Below, piece after piece: positions 1 through 10,059 of a stretch of 64,000 bases of DNA. A program made the translations under genes and the position numbers. Below the pieces are notes generated by a model that did no database searches, was not told the DNA's origin, and was given only the letters and a program-made list of their open reading frames with translations. Every line of letters begins with the position of its first letter. Position 1 is the stretch's first letter. The DNA is from Fibrobacterales bacterium (GTDB lineage Bacteria > Fibrobacterota > Fibrobacteria > Fibrobacterales > JAOPTW01). The stretch covers positions 160,001 through 224,000 of the forward strand of contig JAOPTW010000013.1 of NCBI GenBank assembly GCA_051532035.1, written 5' to 3'.

Positions 1-1046
1 TGATTATCTGCTAACACTCTATTTTCAATATACTCATACTCACCAAACGTATCTTTAACTAAAGTGCTTTTTACCTTAGCTACGGTACCATAGGCTACAT
101 CTAACGGCGCAACCAACCAGTCATTACTATACATCGCGGCAAATTCAGAAACAACGAGTTTCGAAATATCAGTTTTGTGAGCATCAATATTTACCACATC
201 AACCGAAGCGTCTTCTACCTCCCACCACCTGTCTGCAGGCATTCCGGGGAAAGTAAGTTTTGTCGGTAGATATGATTCGATGATACTTTTATTATTCGTA
301 CTATTCACCAGGCTTTCATTCAGGTCAAAATTAAACCACTCTAAGTTACCGCTAAAGTATTCAGGAGCCTTTAACTGCGCCGCAGTATCAAGGGTAAATG
401 TAGCGTCATACTCTAAGCGTTCTGGATTCCAATTAACCGCATGCTCATTCTGTGGCAAAGAATAGAGCTCACGATACCACTCACTGTATTGTGTATACAC
501 CTGAGTCAGAGTTGCATACTGAGGAACCGCAGCAGTATTGGTATCCAAAGCAGTAAACAGTGCACATCCATCGATTAGCTGGGTACCGAGGGCCATACTC
601 ATTTCGTAATACTCACTATTGAGCTCTTGTTCTTCAGCATTAAACACCACAGGAAATGAAGCGTGTACCGCTTCTTTCACTGCCATACGTGCTGATTCTG
701 TAGGCAAGAGATCAATGAGCTTAGTTATATGTAAGCCTGCTTCAATTGATTCATACAGACCCAATACAGGGTACACTGATTCGACTGCTGCCTCTGGAGG
801 GCATTCTTTAAAATCAAAAGAGCTCCCTCCATCAGAAAATTTCATTTCATTTGTATCATAGGCTATTTTCATAGATACAGCGGTACCACAATCATTTGCT
901 TTAAACTCGCCAAACTGATGCTGTCGTGCCATCATCCATAATGGGTCATACGTATCTGCCCGGAGAGACTCTTCTAAATTTTCGGTACGTGTTGTTCCTT
1001 CTAATCGATTCCACGATCTGAACTCTTCACATTTATTGTTAATCAT
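1..1046 (-). CDS. Conserved hypothetical protein, fourth gene of the DUF6603-associated operon (partial, runs off left edge; not in ORF track)
   Basis: ATG at 1046-1044 overlaps the upstream TGA (ATGA). Manual translation begins MINNKCEEFRSWNRLEGTTRTENLEESLRADTYDPLWMMARQHQFGEFKANDCGT, and later reads PTKLTFPGMPADRWWEVEDASVD and YSNDWLVAPLDVAYGTVAKVKSTLVKDTFG in the same frame up to the window edge. Confidence 0.9.
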   Translation of the reverse strand, partial: MINNKCEEFRSWNRLEGTTRTENLEESLRADTYDPLWMMARQHQFGEFKANDCGTAVSMKIAYDTNEMKFSDGGSSFDFKECPPEAAVESVYPVLGLYESIEAGLHITKLIDLLPTESARMAVKEAVHASFPVVFNAEEQELNSEYYEMSMALGTQLIDGCALFTALDTNTAAVPQYATLTQVYTQYSEWYRELYSLPQNEHAVNWNPERLEYDATFTLDTAAQLKAPEYFSGNLEWFNFDLNESLVNSTNNKSIIESYLPTKLTFPGMPADRWWEVEDASVDVVNIDAHKTDISKLVVSEFAAMYSNDWLVAPLDVAYGTVAKVKSTLVKDTFGEYEYIENRVLADN

Positions 1047-4000
1047 ACCTGTTCCTCAAATCGTGCCAATAAGTCAGCTCGGGTTTGTGTATATTTTAAT
1101 TTTGATACCGCATCTATGGAAAGAGTTCCTGCACGAGTATTAAGTGAATTGTCTGCCTCACGTTCAATAGTTATACCAGGATTCAATTGTCCAAAGATAC
1201 TCTTGTTAATATGGTGAGGCTCAAGGAGCCGGGTTCGCGTCATAGCAATAGTCTCATGGACCACTCCGAGTAGTTCTTGCTCGCTCCACGTTGGCGCATC
1301 ATTATGAGGAGGTACTGCCAACAATAGTGATTGAGGCGCTACTGCATCCGGTTGATCTATATGGAGGGCAATACCCGTAGTGTGTGTTTCGGTCGGGAGC
1401 ACTTCGATCCACTCATCAGCTTGTATACCAGAAACAAGCCCTTCTTGTGTATAGGTCTTATTTATACAATTAAACGAAGTGAATGACTTTTCTGAGTCAT
1501 CGAGAGATAATGGATTTGATAGAGCAACACCAAGCCAATCACTACTTTCGGGAAATTGTACTGGGTCGATATTGATGCGCTCTTGCTGTGTGTGGTAGTG
1601 AACCATGGACAGTTGATTGAATGCACGCATCTGCGTTCGTACCTTTGATATAGAAGAGAGCCACGTGTCGATTTTTAGCCTTCCCGTGTCGGTGGTATCT
1701 GTATTGTCGTACACACGTGCAGGATAGATAGCAGCGCCTGCAACGGGTGATTGGAATTGTCCAAACACGGTAATTCCTGCACCAAAAATAAAGTCACATA
1801 CTGCTTGAGCTTTGGTCAATTTATCACTGAGGGGTGCTGATTGATACGCTGTGTGCAATTCTGCAATAGTCTCTTGCACACCTTCTGCTACAGTAGGAGC
1901 ATACACAGAGCACAGATTATATATACGGGTACTCAGATCAACGACATCAAGAACAATTGCGAGTTCTGCTCTCTGTGCAACTATTTCTTCATAAGTAGAA
2001 CCCTCTACAGCTCTTCCTTTTTCAATGAGAGTGTGAAGTTTTTTAAGGGTAAACAGTAGAGAAAATACCGATTTTTTTCCTGTTGAAGTAACAGGCCCAT
2101 CGACAATTGAAAAAACTACTGATGCATCCTGAAATGTTGAAGCCATGAGGTTTTGAACAAAATCATTGAATTGTGTGGCATCAGAAACCGCATAGACTAA
2201 ATCTATTGGCTCGATAGCGCATTGACTCAGGTCTTTCTCTAGAGACTGTGTTACTTCTTCGCCTGCGTCGTTTACGGTAGTAATAGTACACTCAATACTC
2301 ACATTTTGTGCAGCGGGGAGTTGTGTTACAAGCCATGCATTTAATTGAGGATTCGCTAATGCTTTAGGGGTGCGAAGTCCGCCCCACTCACCTATTGTTT
2401 CTACACTGGGTAAATCAGTATTAGCATACGTTGGCAAGTGAATGATTGTTTTATGGTGAACCGGAGTGCCATCCATAGGTGTTTTGGTAAACTCAATTTC
2501 TGGAAGAGGTTTACCAAGGCTTATTGCATTCACAACAGTGGAAGCTTGAACGTGATTACCTTTTACAATATGATAGACCCCTTCGGTAACCGTAAGGTCT
2601 GACACGGAATCGAGTATATCATCAAGTTCTATGAGGCCACTCACAAATACTGCCGCATGAGATTCAGGGAGACTGTTGCGGCTTTCATCTAACGCATCAT
2701 AGGCCCATTCTGGGAGGTTCGAAGCTGTAAAGGTTTGTTCTCTATACTTTTCTATTAGCTTCATACCGTGGACAACCGAAACTTCTCGCTCATTTTTACT
2801 CAACGAATCGCCAGAGGCCACTGCTTGAGCATAAGGGAATGATCGTTTAAGGGCAAAAATATATTTGTCCATTTCTTGGTCTGAGTCGTGGAGCAAACGT
2901 TCTAAACGGTAGCCCAAATATGTGGCCACATCTTGACCGTTCCGGATACTTTCAATAAGGTGCATAGCCTTTCGTACTCTACGGGAATTTAAATTTACTG
3001 CAACGAGATTATTTTCGCCACTGTTGCTGCGTTTACCCAAGTTATAACCAGATTTTAATATCCCGGCAAGACGTGCATGATCCAGTGAAGGCGCATGGAT
3101 AATTTCACTCTCCTTAGTGGTAGATACATGAACTTTCGGTGTTCTACCAATTGGATATTTCGTACTTATTCTTGGATCAAAATCTCGAGGAAGCGTATAT
3201 TCTGGCGTACGGTTTGCGGGGCTGAGATCTTCTAAATATCCAAATTGTGCTACCTGCACTCGGTAATCTTTAGTGCGACTCATCATATCAAGACGTTGAT
3301 TTACAAAACCAAGCTTCCATGCATCAATACGATGCGCCGCAAGATCTGTTTGTTCAAAGAGGAGGTTTTTAAGGTCACCCATTGAGCATTGGCTCAGTGC
3401 CATGAGGTACTCTCGATACTTGGCAATCGCTTTGTGTGAGTCAGAAATTGCCTTTGTGCGATAGTCATTTGTCCCCGAAAGAATCGAAGCCATACTCCGC
3501 CCCTTCAGTTGTTTGAATAGATCGGTATTTTTAACATGAGTATTACGGACATAATTGCCGATACCCTCAAAGAGCACCCCCCAATCATCGCTATAATCTT
3601 TATAAATGATTGTATTCTTGTAGTTATTTACCCGTTTTTCGTATTCCCAACCAAAGGCTTTCATAATGCCAATAGCTTCTCTTTTAACCATAAGTAAATA
3701 TGAGTGCCGCAACATAAAAAAGAGAAGCGACCCTGCATTAGGAGTGCCACTTTCTGTATCTAATTTATTAGGGAGCTTCAGCTCTTGTTGGACCTCTTCA
3801 GATATTTTTGAACCACGATTACCGATCCGATCACTACTTGGACCATCAATTGGAGTAGTCTCTACATTCATAATATACTCAGGATCCGAACAATAATCCG
3901 CAAGCCATTGAATATAATTATTGCCATCCGAAAACTGTAACGCATTACTTGCTTCATCATGAGAAATGATATGCCCCGTATAGTTCTGTGGCGTATCCAA

Positions 4001-6334
4001 ATAGCGTAAATTTAAGGCCCGAGATTTATACAGAAGATATTCAAGTCTATCTTGAAGCGCCTTTTGGGATACCTGACTCCCTTTGGGAAAGGTGTGTTTT
4101 AAATCACTTATTTCAAAAGTTTCAGAGAAACGACTCGCTAAAGAATCTGCATTCAGCGTTTCATCTTCTTGAAAATTAACTAGCTCCTTTAAAAAATGAG
4201 CAAATGGCTCAGTGTCAACCCTGTTCCCTGCATTCACCGCGCCTCGATAACGAAATTCTTGAGAGATTGGGGTGTTCCCTATCATATCCACATATTTTTT
4301 ATGTGGAGAAGCGCTTCGTTCCATCTCTGATTTAAAGACGACCTTAGTCCGCGCCAATGCCGTGTATTGTTCATACAGGGTATTGATGAGTTTAAAACTT
4401 TTTTCGTTAAATTTAGTTACTCGGAGTGAGTCTTCACGGGTTTCTTGTTTTTCCAGATCTGTCTTGATGGTTTTAAACGTGCTCCAACTCGTTGTAGGCA
4501 TAATGCCATACGGTTGTCTATCAATACGAATAGTGGGGAGATACCCCCGAGCAATCACATATTTTTCATAGAACTCTTTAGCAAATGGTATCATCGCCTG
4601 ATCAGCAACCGTTCCCCAAAAATCAAACAGTAGAGAACCGATAGTTGCATTACTCATAAGACCATTCATATATTGTGCATTCTGAATTGTTTTATTTTTT
4701 GCATTAAAAAATGTATTGCAGGTTCCGGCATTCAATCCTAAAGCATTTTCTAGGCGCCCTTGATCTGAACTTGCCTCTGGAAGCACTTCTTGAAAGTCTG
4801 GAGCGTGGAGAAGTGGGTCAATAATTGTATCATATATGTGATCACTATTTGAGTCATTCTCACTGATCGAAGTATTGTGAGTAGCGGTATTGTTCGTTGG
4901 AGTACCTGGCGCTACAAACCCTAATGCATCAGAAGATGCTCGATGACCATTAAAAAGGTTTTGGAGGCTCTCATTATTTGTTTTACTGATCGATTCCCTC
5001 TGTGTACCAATCACGACGAGGGTATCAATGGATTTACCCATTGATTGCCATTTTTTAGGTGATAGAGAAACGGTAATTGCCATACCCATCTGGAGTGCTA
5101 TAGCATAGTCTGTATGCCACGTATTTGAGATTTCACGTGAACCATCTTGCACCTGTTTTTCCGACGGTAAAATATCATTTAAATCAACCTCAGATATAGT
5201 TACCTTATTACTCCGACCTAATTCATGCCCAACTCCTGCGGCATCAATGTAATACGCGATATAATAATCAGGCATAGCCTCATATATTTTTTTCTGAAAC
5301 CACTGCTCTTTTTTTACAGGTATTTTATTAAAAAGGTAGGGATACTCATTAACAGGGATTATTACGGGAGTATCATTCAAAACTCTATCAAGGCTCTTTA
5401 TCAGAGCCGTCAGTTCATTAAAGAGGCTACTATAGGTAAGATATTTTTTACCGAGGTGAATGAAAGAGAAGCGTTCTCTTTCGGTAAATGTTGCCATAAC
5501 AGGGAGCGTAATTTGTTTACGCAAAAATGTTCTTGGTTCTCTATCAAAGCGTTTTTTTTGTTCTAATGCATCTCGTTCATCGGGATAGAGAAACTGCAGT
5601 ATCTCATTTCGCGCGTCTTCTAACTCAATAAAATCGCCATAGGGTTTTAGGATATCACTACCATTTAATTGGTGTGTTATTTTGTTTGAATATCTTAAAT
5701 GACGCTGAACCTTTTGTTTGAGCTCCCCAACAAGCTCTCCCCGTACTTCTTCACATGTTTGTTTTAACTGCGCATACATTTCTGAAAGCAACGAAACTTT
5801 CTGAATACTACTGTAAGGTGACAGAGAAGAAGATGTTGCAAAACGCTCACCGAGCGGATACTGATCAACATCAGTCATCCATTTTTTAAGCATTTCTACA
5901 GAGCCATACATTTCTGAAACAGAGTTTCTTTGATCATGCCAAAACACTGATTGATCAGCACTATTAAAAGAATCAGAACGTTTTAACTCACTCAATAGGA
6001 ATTGACTCCGAGAGTCACCAAGTGCTCTACTCAACTCACCAAATCTATTTTTTAGAAATACATTTCTAAAGTCTTTTCCCTCTTTAGAGGTTATTTGAGA
6101 TAGGCAGTATGTAGTACACCAGTACTCTTTGCCTTGTTCTATTTCGCTGGCGGTAAAATAGTTCACATCCTTAAATGTATTAATGGTGTCAGGATACATT
6201 CGTATACGGAGTTTTGTATCGGCCATAGGATAGCGACGTTGCTCTAATTTACTCCGTGACTCAAACTTAGTTTCGAGGCGTATAGGAAAAAACAGAATAG
6301 GATCAGATATAGGATATTGTGTATAATTACTCAT
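1043..6334 (-). CDS. Large conserved hypothetical protein (1763 aa), DUF6603-operon partner
   Basis: Long ORF with no signal peptide. Motifs PILFFPIRLETKF, LRIRMYPD, HAPSLDHARLAGILKSGY, YLGYRLERLLHD and TGIALHIDQPDAVAPQSLLLAVPP resemble hypothetical proteins I recall next to DUF6603 genes. Confidence 0.85.
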   Translation of the reverse strand: MSNYTQYPISDPILFFPIRLETKFESRSKLEQRRYPMADTKLRIRMYPDTINTFKDVNYFTASEIEQGKEYWCTTYCLSQITSKEGKDFRNVFLKNRFGELSRALGDSRSQFLLSELKRSDSFNSADQSVFWHDQRNSVSEMYGSVEMLKKWMTDVDQYPLGERFATSSSLSPYSSIQKVSLLSEMYAQLKQTCEEVRGELVGELKQKVQRHLRYSNKITHQLNGSDILKPYGDFIELEDARNEILQFLYPDERDALEQKKRFDREPRTFLRKQITLPVMATFTERERFSFIHLGKKYLTYSSLFNELTALIKSLDRVLNDTPVIIPVNEYPYLFNKIPVKKEQWFQKKIYEAMPDYYIAYYIDAAGVGHELGRSNKVTISEVDLNDILPSEKQVQDGSREISNTWHTDYAIALQMGMAITVSLSPKKWQSMGKSIDTLVVIGTQRESISKTNNESLQNLFNGHRASSDALGFVAPGTPTNNTATHNTSISENDSNSDHIYDTIIDPLLHAPDFQEVLPEASSDQGRLENALGLNAGTCNTFFNAKNKTIQNAQYMNGLMSNATIGSLLFDFWGTVADQAMIPFAKEFYEKYVIARGYLPTIRIDRQPYGIMPTTSWSTFKTIKTDLEKQETREDSLRVTKFNEKSFKLINTLYEQYTALARTKVVFKSEMERSASPHKKYVDMIGNTPISQEFRYRGAVNAGNRVDTEPFAHFLKELVNFQEDETLNADSLASRFSETFEISDLKHTFPKGSQVSQKALQDRLEYLLYKSRALNLRYLDTPQNYTGHIISHDEASNALQFSDGNNYIQWLADYCSDPEYIMNVETTPIDGPSSDRIGNRGSKISEEVQQELKLPNKLDTESGTPNAGSLLFFMLRHSYLLMVKREAIGIMKAFGWEYEKRVNNYKNTIIYKDYSDDWGVLFEGIGNYVRNTHVKNTDLFKQLKGRSMASILSGTNDYRTKAISDSHKAIAKYREYLMALSQCSMGDLKNLLFEQTDLAAHRIDAWKLGFVNQRLDMMSRTKDYRVQVAQFGYLEDLSPANRTPEYTLPRDFDPRISTKYPIGRTPKVHVSTTKESEIIHAPSLDHARLAGILKSGYNLGKRSNSGENNLVAVNLNSRRVRKAMHLIESIRNGQDVATYLGYRLERLLHDSDQEMDKYIFALKRSFPYAQAVASGDSLSKNEREVSVVHGMKLIEKYREQTFTASNLPEWAYDALDESRNSLPESHAAVFVSGLIELDDILDSVSDLTVTEGVYHIVKGNHVQASTVVNAISLGKPLPEIEFTKTPMDGTPVHHKTIIHLPTYANTDLPSVETIGEWGGLRTPKALANPQLNAWLVTQLPAAQNVSIECTITTVNDAGEEVTQSLEKDLSQCAIEPIDLVYAVSDATQFNDFVQNLMASTFQDASVVFSIVDGPVTSTGKKSVFSLLFTLKKLHTLIEKGRAVEGSTYEEIVAQRAELAIVLDVVDLSTRIYNLCSVYAPTVAEGVQETIAELHTAYQSAPLSDKLTKAQAVCDFIFGAGITVFGQFQSPVAGAAIYPARVYDNTDTTDTGRLKIDTWLSSISKVRTQMRAFNQLSMVHYHTQQERINIDPVQFPESSDWLGVALSNPLSLDDSEKSFTSFNCINKTYTQEGLVSGIQADEWIEVLPTETHTTGIALHIDQPDAVAPQSLLLAVPPHNDAPTWSEQELLGVVHETIAMTRTRLLEPHHINKSIFGQLNPGITIEREADNSLNTRAGTLSIDAVSKLKYTQTRADLLARFEEQV

Positions 6335-6345
6335 GCTCTTCTACC

Positions 6346-9300
6346 TTATTTAAGAAGTACTTCTGCTTTAATAACATAAAGCACTGGTTCATTGAGAAGC
6401 TCTTTGGCAATCTTTGCAGATGTAGCCTCTAGAGTTGCAGCGGAAATATTTCCGGAGTCAAAATTGAATTCACCTGGCCGCTCTTGCAAAGCAAAAGCCC
6501 ATTGTTGATTGATATCTGCAAAGTCATCTGCATCTACATCAAATCCAAACCACGAGATGCCTCCAGGAAGAGTACCGGTAAAACTGGGATAGAATTTCTC
6601 ACTATACCGGCCCGAAAGACCTTCAGGATTTGCAGCAGCATCATACTGTTTCATTGCAAACACAATGGTATTGGGGTATTTATCAAAGAGTTTTGTTTTC
6701 ATAAACAGTACTGTGCGTCCTGATGCATCAGAAGCATAGCCATGACCACCTAACTCTTTAGTTACTGCATTTTCAATCTCATCTTTATACTCTTGAATAC
6801 GTGACTCATTCGGCATATTACTCGCAGACGGCCATTCAATTTGATTGCGGGCATGCCCTCTAATTTCGCTCAGTGCAATATGATAATGTCTAAACACTGA
6901 TCCAAGTTCTTCGGCTTGGGTAAAATAGCGATATTTATAGAGCCATTTAATTCTTTGAGAGCGGGTAAACTGCTCACGACGATACCGTTTATATACCTTA
7001 CTCCGTACATTCAGTTCATCTGATGGTGCCCATTCATTGAGGGGTCTGATATCTGGTGATTCACCTTGCACCGTCCCCGTCTTGTCCCAAAACGTTTGAA
7101 AATACGAACCACGCATATCCGTTGGGAATTCACGCCACTGAAGTTCACGACTCATTTCATGATTTAATCCAACCATAAATGATTCGATAAATGGTGTATT
7201 GGTTTTTAACAACATAACAGTATCATCGGGAATAGTGTCTATTCCTGGTAATAAATAATCAGGGTTTTCTTCCAATAAATATTTAACGGCAGGAACGTTA
7301 AAGGTTGGATGTGCCATCACTCTGTTATGGATTTTTGTTCCATTCGTTGTTTGCTTAACTGTTGCGTTGATCCCATCTTGTGAAGATAGTTCGTAGAGCA
7401 TTGTGGGCAGATGAAAATAGAGTGCTTGTAGGCTGGGTTTCTCTTCTCCTGACGAAACTAAAAAGTCATTGAGGCCTTTTCCGTACCGGAGCATATTTTT
7501 GAAGGATGCAAGTTTCTTTGCGCGCGTAATAAGGAGAGATAGATTTGTATGAGCTAAGTTTGAATATGAAGTAATAATGGTTTCTTCTTCGTACACATAC
7601 GATTGATTCTTTTTGTTGTAGCTACCCTTGGTAAAATTTTCAGCAAAATAAGCATCGTCAAAGCCAAGAATCAAATATTTCTTACGACCAATTGTATAGC
7701 TTTTCATACCAATAAGCTCTTGGGAGCATCCGTACATTCCTTTTGAATAGGCCGTTGTTAAGTCTTGATCTAAATACTCCTTAAAACCCGGTGTTTGTAT
7801 CTGTAAAAAGTGTTCAAAAGCCAAATGACGAAACAGTATTTGAAAATAGCGAGCGCTTAGATAGACATAGCGCTCTCTCCCATCACTATAAGGGTTAAGT
7901 TCAATGGTTCTATTAAAAGCCCCCAATACCTCTGGAGTTTGTATTTGCCAAATAGTAGAATGCTCTTTTATAGCATTCAACATACCCCTAAACCTAACCG
8001 CAATACCCGCTTTAATAATTGGAATATCTTGATCATGTAAATATGGAAGTCCTTGTGTACCATAAAACTCATTATAGACTTGACTATTTTTTCTACGCTC
8101 ACCAAACTCAAATCCAAATGAAAGGAGACTTGGTCGTACAGTAAACTGATCAGACAACGGGTTAAATTGAGATTCAGAAAGATCATTCAATACTGCATCA
8201 CACGTTTTATTGCTATTGTATGCATCACATCTAAAGAGCTCTCTTTCTATTTTGAGCTCAATATACTCAGACAAGGTGTTAGAAGGCACATCATTGAGAG
8301 AATAAATAGAACCTGCTGGTAGATGAGCTTGCTCACACTTTCTACGCAACCAATTCTGTCCTCCTCTTTTATGCAATGCCCATAAAAACATATAGGGCCC
8401 TGAACTCATCATCGAGTCCAACTTTCGTGCATATGCCTTACGCATGTACTCTGCTGATCCACTCTGGAGCATATCCTGAGGAATCGGTGTCATTTCTTCA
8501 AACAAATTATCAAATGAACGACTACTACTCTGAGCAACATGCTGCATCTGTTGCTCTTGTATTCGCTTGAATCCTGGGGTTAACACAACTGTAGGTAATA
8601 CTGAATTCTTTAAGGCAACCATAGTAGGTGAATTAGTAACCCTCCCTGCAAAATGTGCAACTTCAGCTTCATTTGCCTGACTGAGCCTTTTGGTATGGAG
8701 TGTGTTATTTACGAGAGATGCAAAACGAGCCCCTTGCAGTGCTTCATTATTACTTACCACATCACCGACGACCTTCCATGATGCCTCCATGAGCTTTTCT
8801 TGATTTTTTTTAATTACTGACGTTCCGATACCTGCTGTTGCACGGTAAGAACGGTGCTCATTGAGTTGATGAAACCAGCCGGGTGTTTCGCTTTCTTGAA
8901 GATAAAACTTTCCATACCCTGGAGGTACAACCATTGGTACCGCTGCTGATTGGTTTTTATCGAGCGCAACTAATTTTGACAATGCCTCTTCGTATGGGCT
9001 ACTGTCTTTCATAGTATCAAATGAGGCTGGGTCTACTTCACTCACGTTCTTTGGAATCGGTGTTAATGCTGCACCTAATTTAAAAGAGTTCTCGCTAAAA
9101 TCACCACCGAGAACCAACCCTTTCCCGAGGTCTGCTACTGATACAGCATCGTACACAGGGTCAACAGATTGATATCCTTTAACCCCCTCTGGCATAGACC
9201 CATCTTCGGCAAGGCGTCGCGCAAGAGTCTCAAAGTCACCCTCAGTGGCTGTCGAAAAATTCCATGAGTGATAAATAGGGAGAGTAATATCACCGTTTCG

Positions 9301-10047
9301 TTGGTTCTCCCAAGAAAATCGAGCAGCCGGAACATCTTCTAATATCCGTTTTGCTTCGGTACCACTCATGCCCGCAATACGACCTCGTTCATACGTTGGT
9401 ACTAAAAAACAGGTATATGCATGCGATACCCCTACCTCTTGAGACAAGGCTTTGAGAGATAACAGACGACAATGCCCTTTTAAAGGGTTTTCTTTCAAAA
9501 ATGTTTTTGCAGGAGTATTCGCTCCCAAATCATTTATATGTACATGAGCATTTTGCCAGGCCTTTGATAAATCCGGCAATTCCACGTCGTGCCCTATAGT
9601 AACAACCCCAACACCATTCTCGTTTACCCGTTCAAAATCACCATCTTTCAAACACAGAAGCGTCAACCAAGGGGTCAAGGATTCACCATCAGCGTCTTCA
9701 TTTGAAGGTCGCACTGGAGTAGCTTCAGGGGTATAGCGCCACAAAAAATCTTCATCATGAAATTCAATGAACGGGATATACTCTTTAGGGAACTCCTGAG
9801 TAGCATTTTTGGGCCATGTCCGCACGATTTGCTGCGCATTAAAGCCACTTATTTCACCAGGCCCGATGACCGGGATCTCTTTGGTAAATTCTGTCCGTTG
9901 CTTTGTATTATCAACAGTGTTTTTTTCTATGTCGAGAGTCACTGCTATTGATGCATGAGTTTCCTCTGCATTAGGTGCAATAATATCTTGGGAAATCCCT
10001 TCTCGATACCAGGAATTAAAATCATATTTTGTTTGCTCTGTAGCCAT
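6346..10047 (-). CDS. Large conserved hypothetical protein (1233 aa), DUF6603-operon partner
   Basis: Long ORF with a strong SD (TAAGGAG-N8-ATG) coupled to the upstream stop. Motifs GPGEI, PFIEFHDEDFLWRYTP, GDFETLARRL and FMVGLNHEMSRELQWREFPTDMRGSYFQTFWD. Confidence 0.85.
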   Translation of the reverse strand: MATEQTKYDFNSWYREGISQDIIAPNAEETHASIAVTLDIEKNTVDNTKQRTEFTKEIPVIGPGEISGFNAQQIVRTWPKNATQEFPKEYIPFIEFHDEDFLWRYTPEATPVRPSNEDADGESLTPWLTLLCLKDGDFERVNENGVGVVTIGHDVELPDLSKAWQNAHVHINDLGANTPAKTFLKENPLKGHCRLLSLKALSQEVGVSHAYTCFLVPTYERGRIAGMSGTEAKRILEDVPAARFSWENQRNGDITLPIYHSWNFSTATEGDFETLARRLAEDGSMPEGVKGYQSVDPVYDAVSVADLGKGLVLGGDFSENSFKLGAALTPIPKNVSEVDPASFDTMKDSSPYEEALSKLVALDKNQSAAVPMVVPPGYGKFYLQESETPGWFHQLNEHRSYRATAGIGTSVIKKNQEKLMEASWKVVGDVVSNNEALQGARFASLVNNTLHTKRLSQANEAEVAHFAGRVTNSPTMVALKNSVLPTVVLTPGFKRIQEQQMQHVAQSSSRSFDNLFEEMTPIPQDMLQSGSAEYMRKAYARKLDSMMSSGPYMFLWALHKRGGQNWLRRKCEQAHLPAGSIYSLNDVPSNTLSEYIELKIERELFRCDAYNSNKTCDAVLNDLSESQFNPLSDQFTVRPSLLSFGFEFGERRKNSQVYNEFYGTQGLPYLHDQDIPIIKAGIAVRFRGMLNAIKEHSTIWQIQTPEVLGAFNRTIELNPYSDGRERYVYLSARYFQILFRHLAFEHFLQIQTPGFKEYLDQDLTTAYSKGMYGCSQELIGMKSYTIGRKKYLILGFDDAYFAENFTKGSYNKKNQSYVYEEETIITSYSNLAHTNLSLLITRAKKLASFKNMLRYGKGLNDFLVSSGEEKPSLQALYFHLPTMLYELSSQDGINATVKQTTNGTKIHNRVMAHPTFNVPAVKYLLEENPDYLLPGIDTIPDDTVMLLKTNTPFIESFMVGLNHEMSRELQWREFPTDMRGSYFQTFWDKTGTVQGESPDIRPLNEWAPSDELNVRSKVYKRYRREQFTRSQRIKWLYKYRYFTQAEELGSVFRHYHIALSEIRGHARNQIEWPSASNMPNESRIQEYKDEIENAVTKELGGHGYASDASGRTVLFMKTKLFDKYPNTIVFAMKQYDAAANPEGLSGRYSEKFYPSFTGTLPGGISWFGFDVDADDFADINQQWAFALQERPGEFNFDSGNISAATLEATSAKIAKELLNEPVLYVIKAEVLLK

Positions 10048-10059
10048 GGTTATAACTCC

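Noticed and set aside
280..861. Plus-strand ORFs of 61 and 80 aa
   Set aside because: Antisense to the real minus-strand gene 1-1046.
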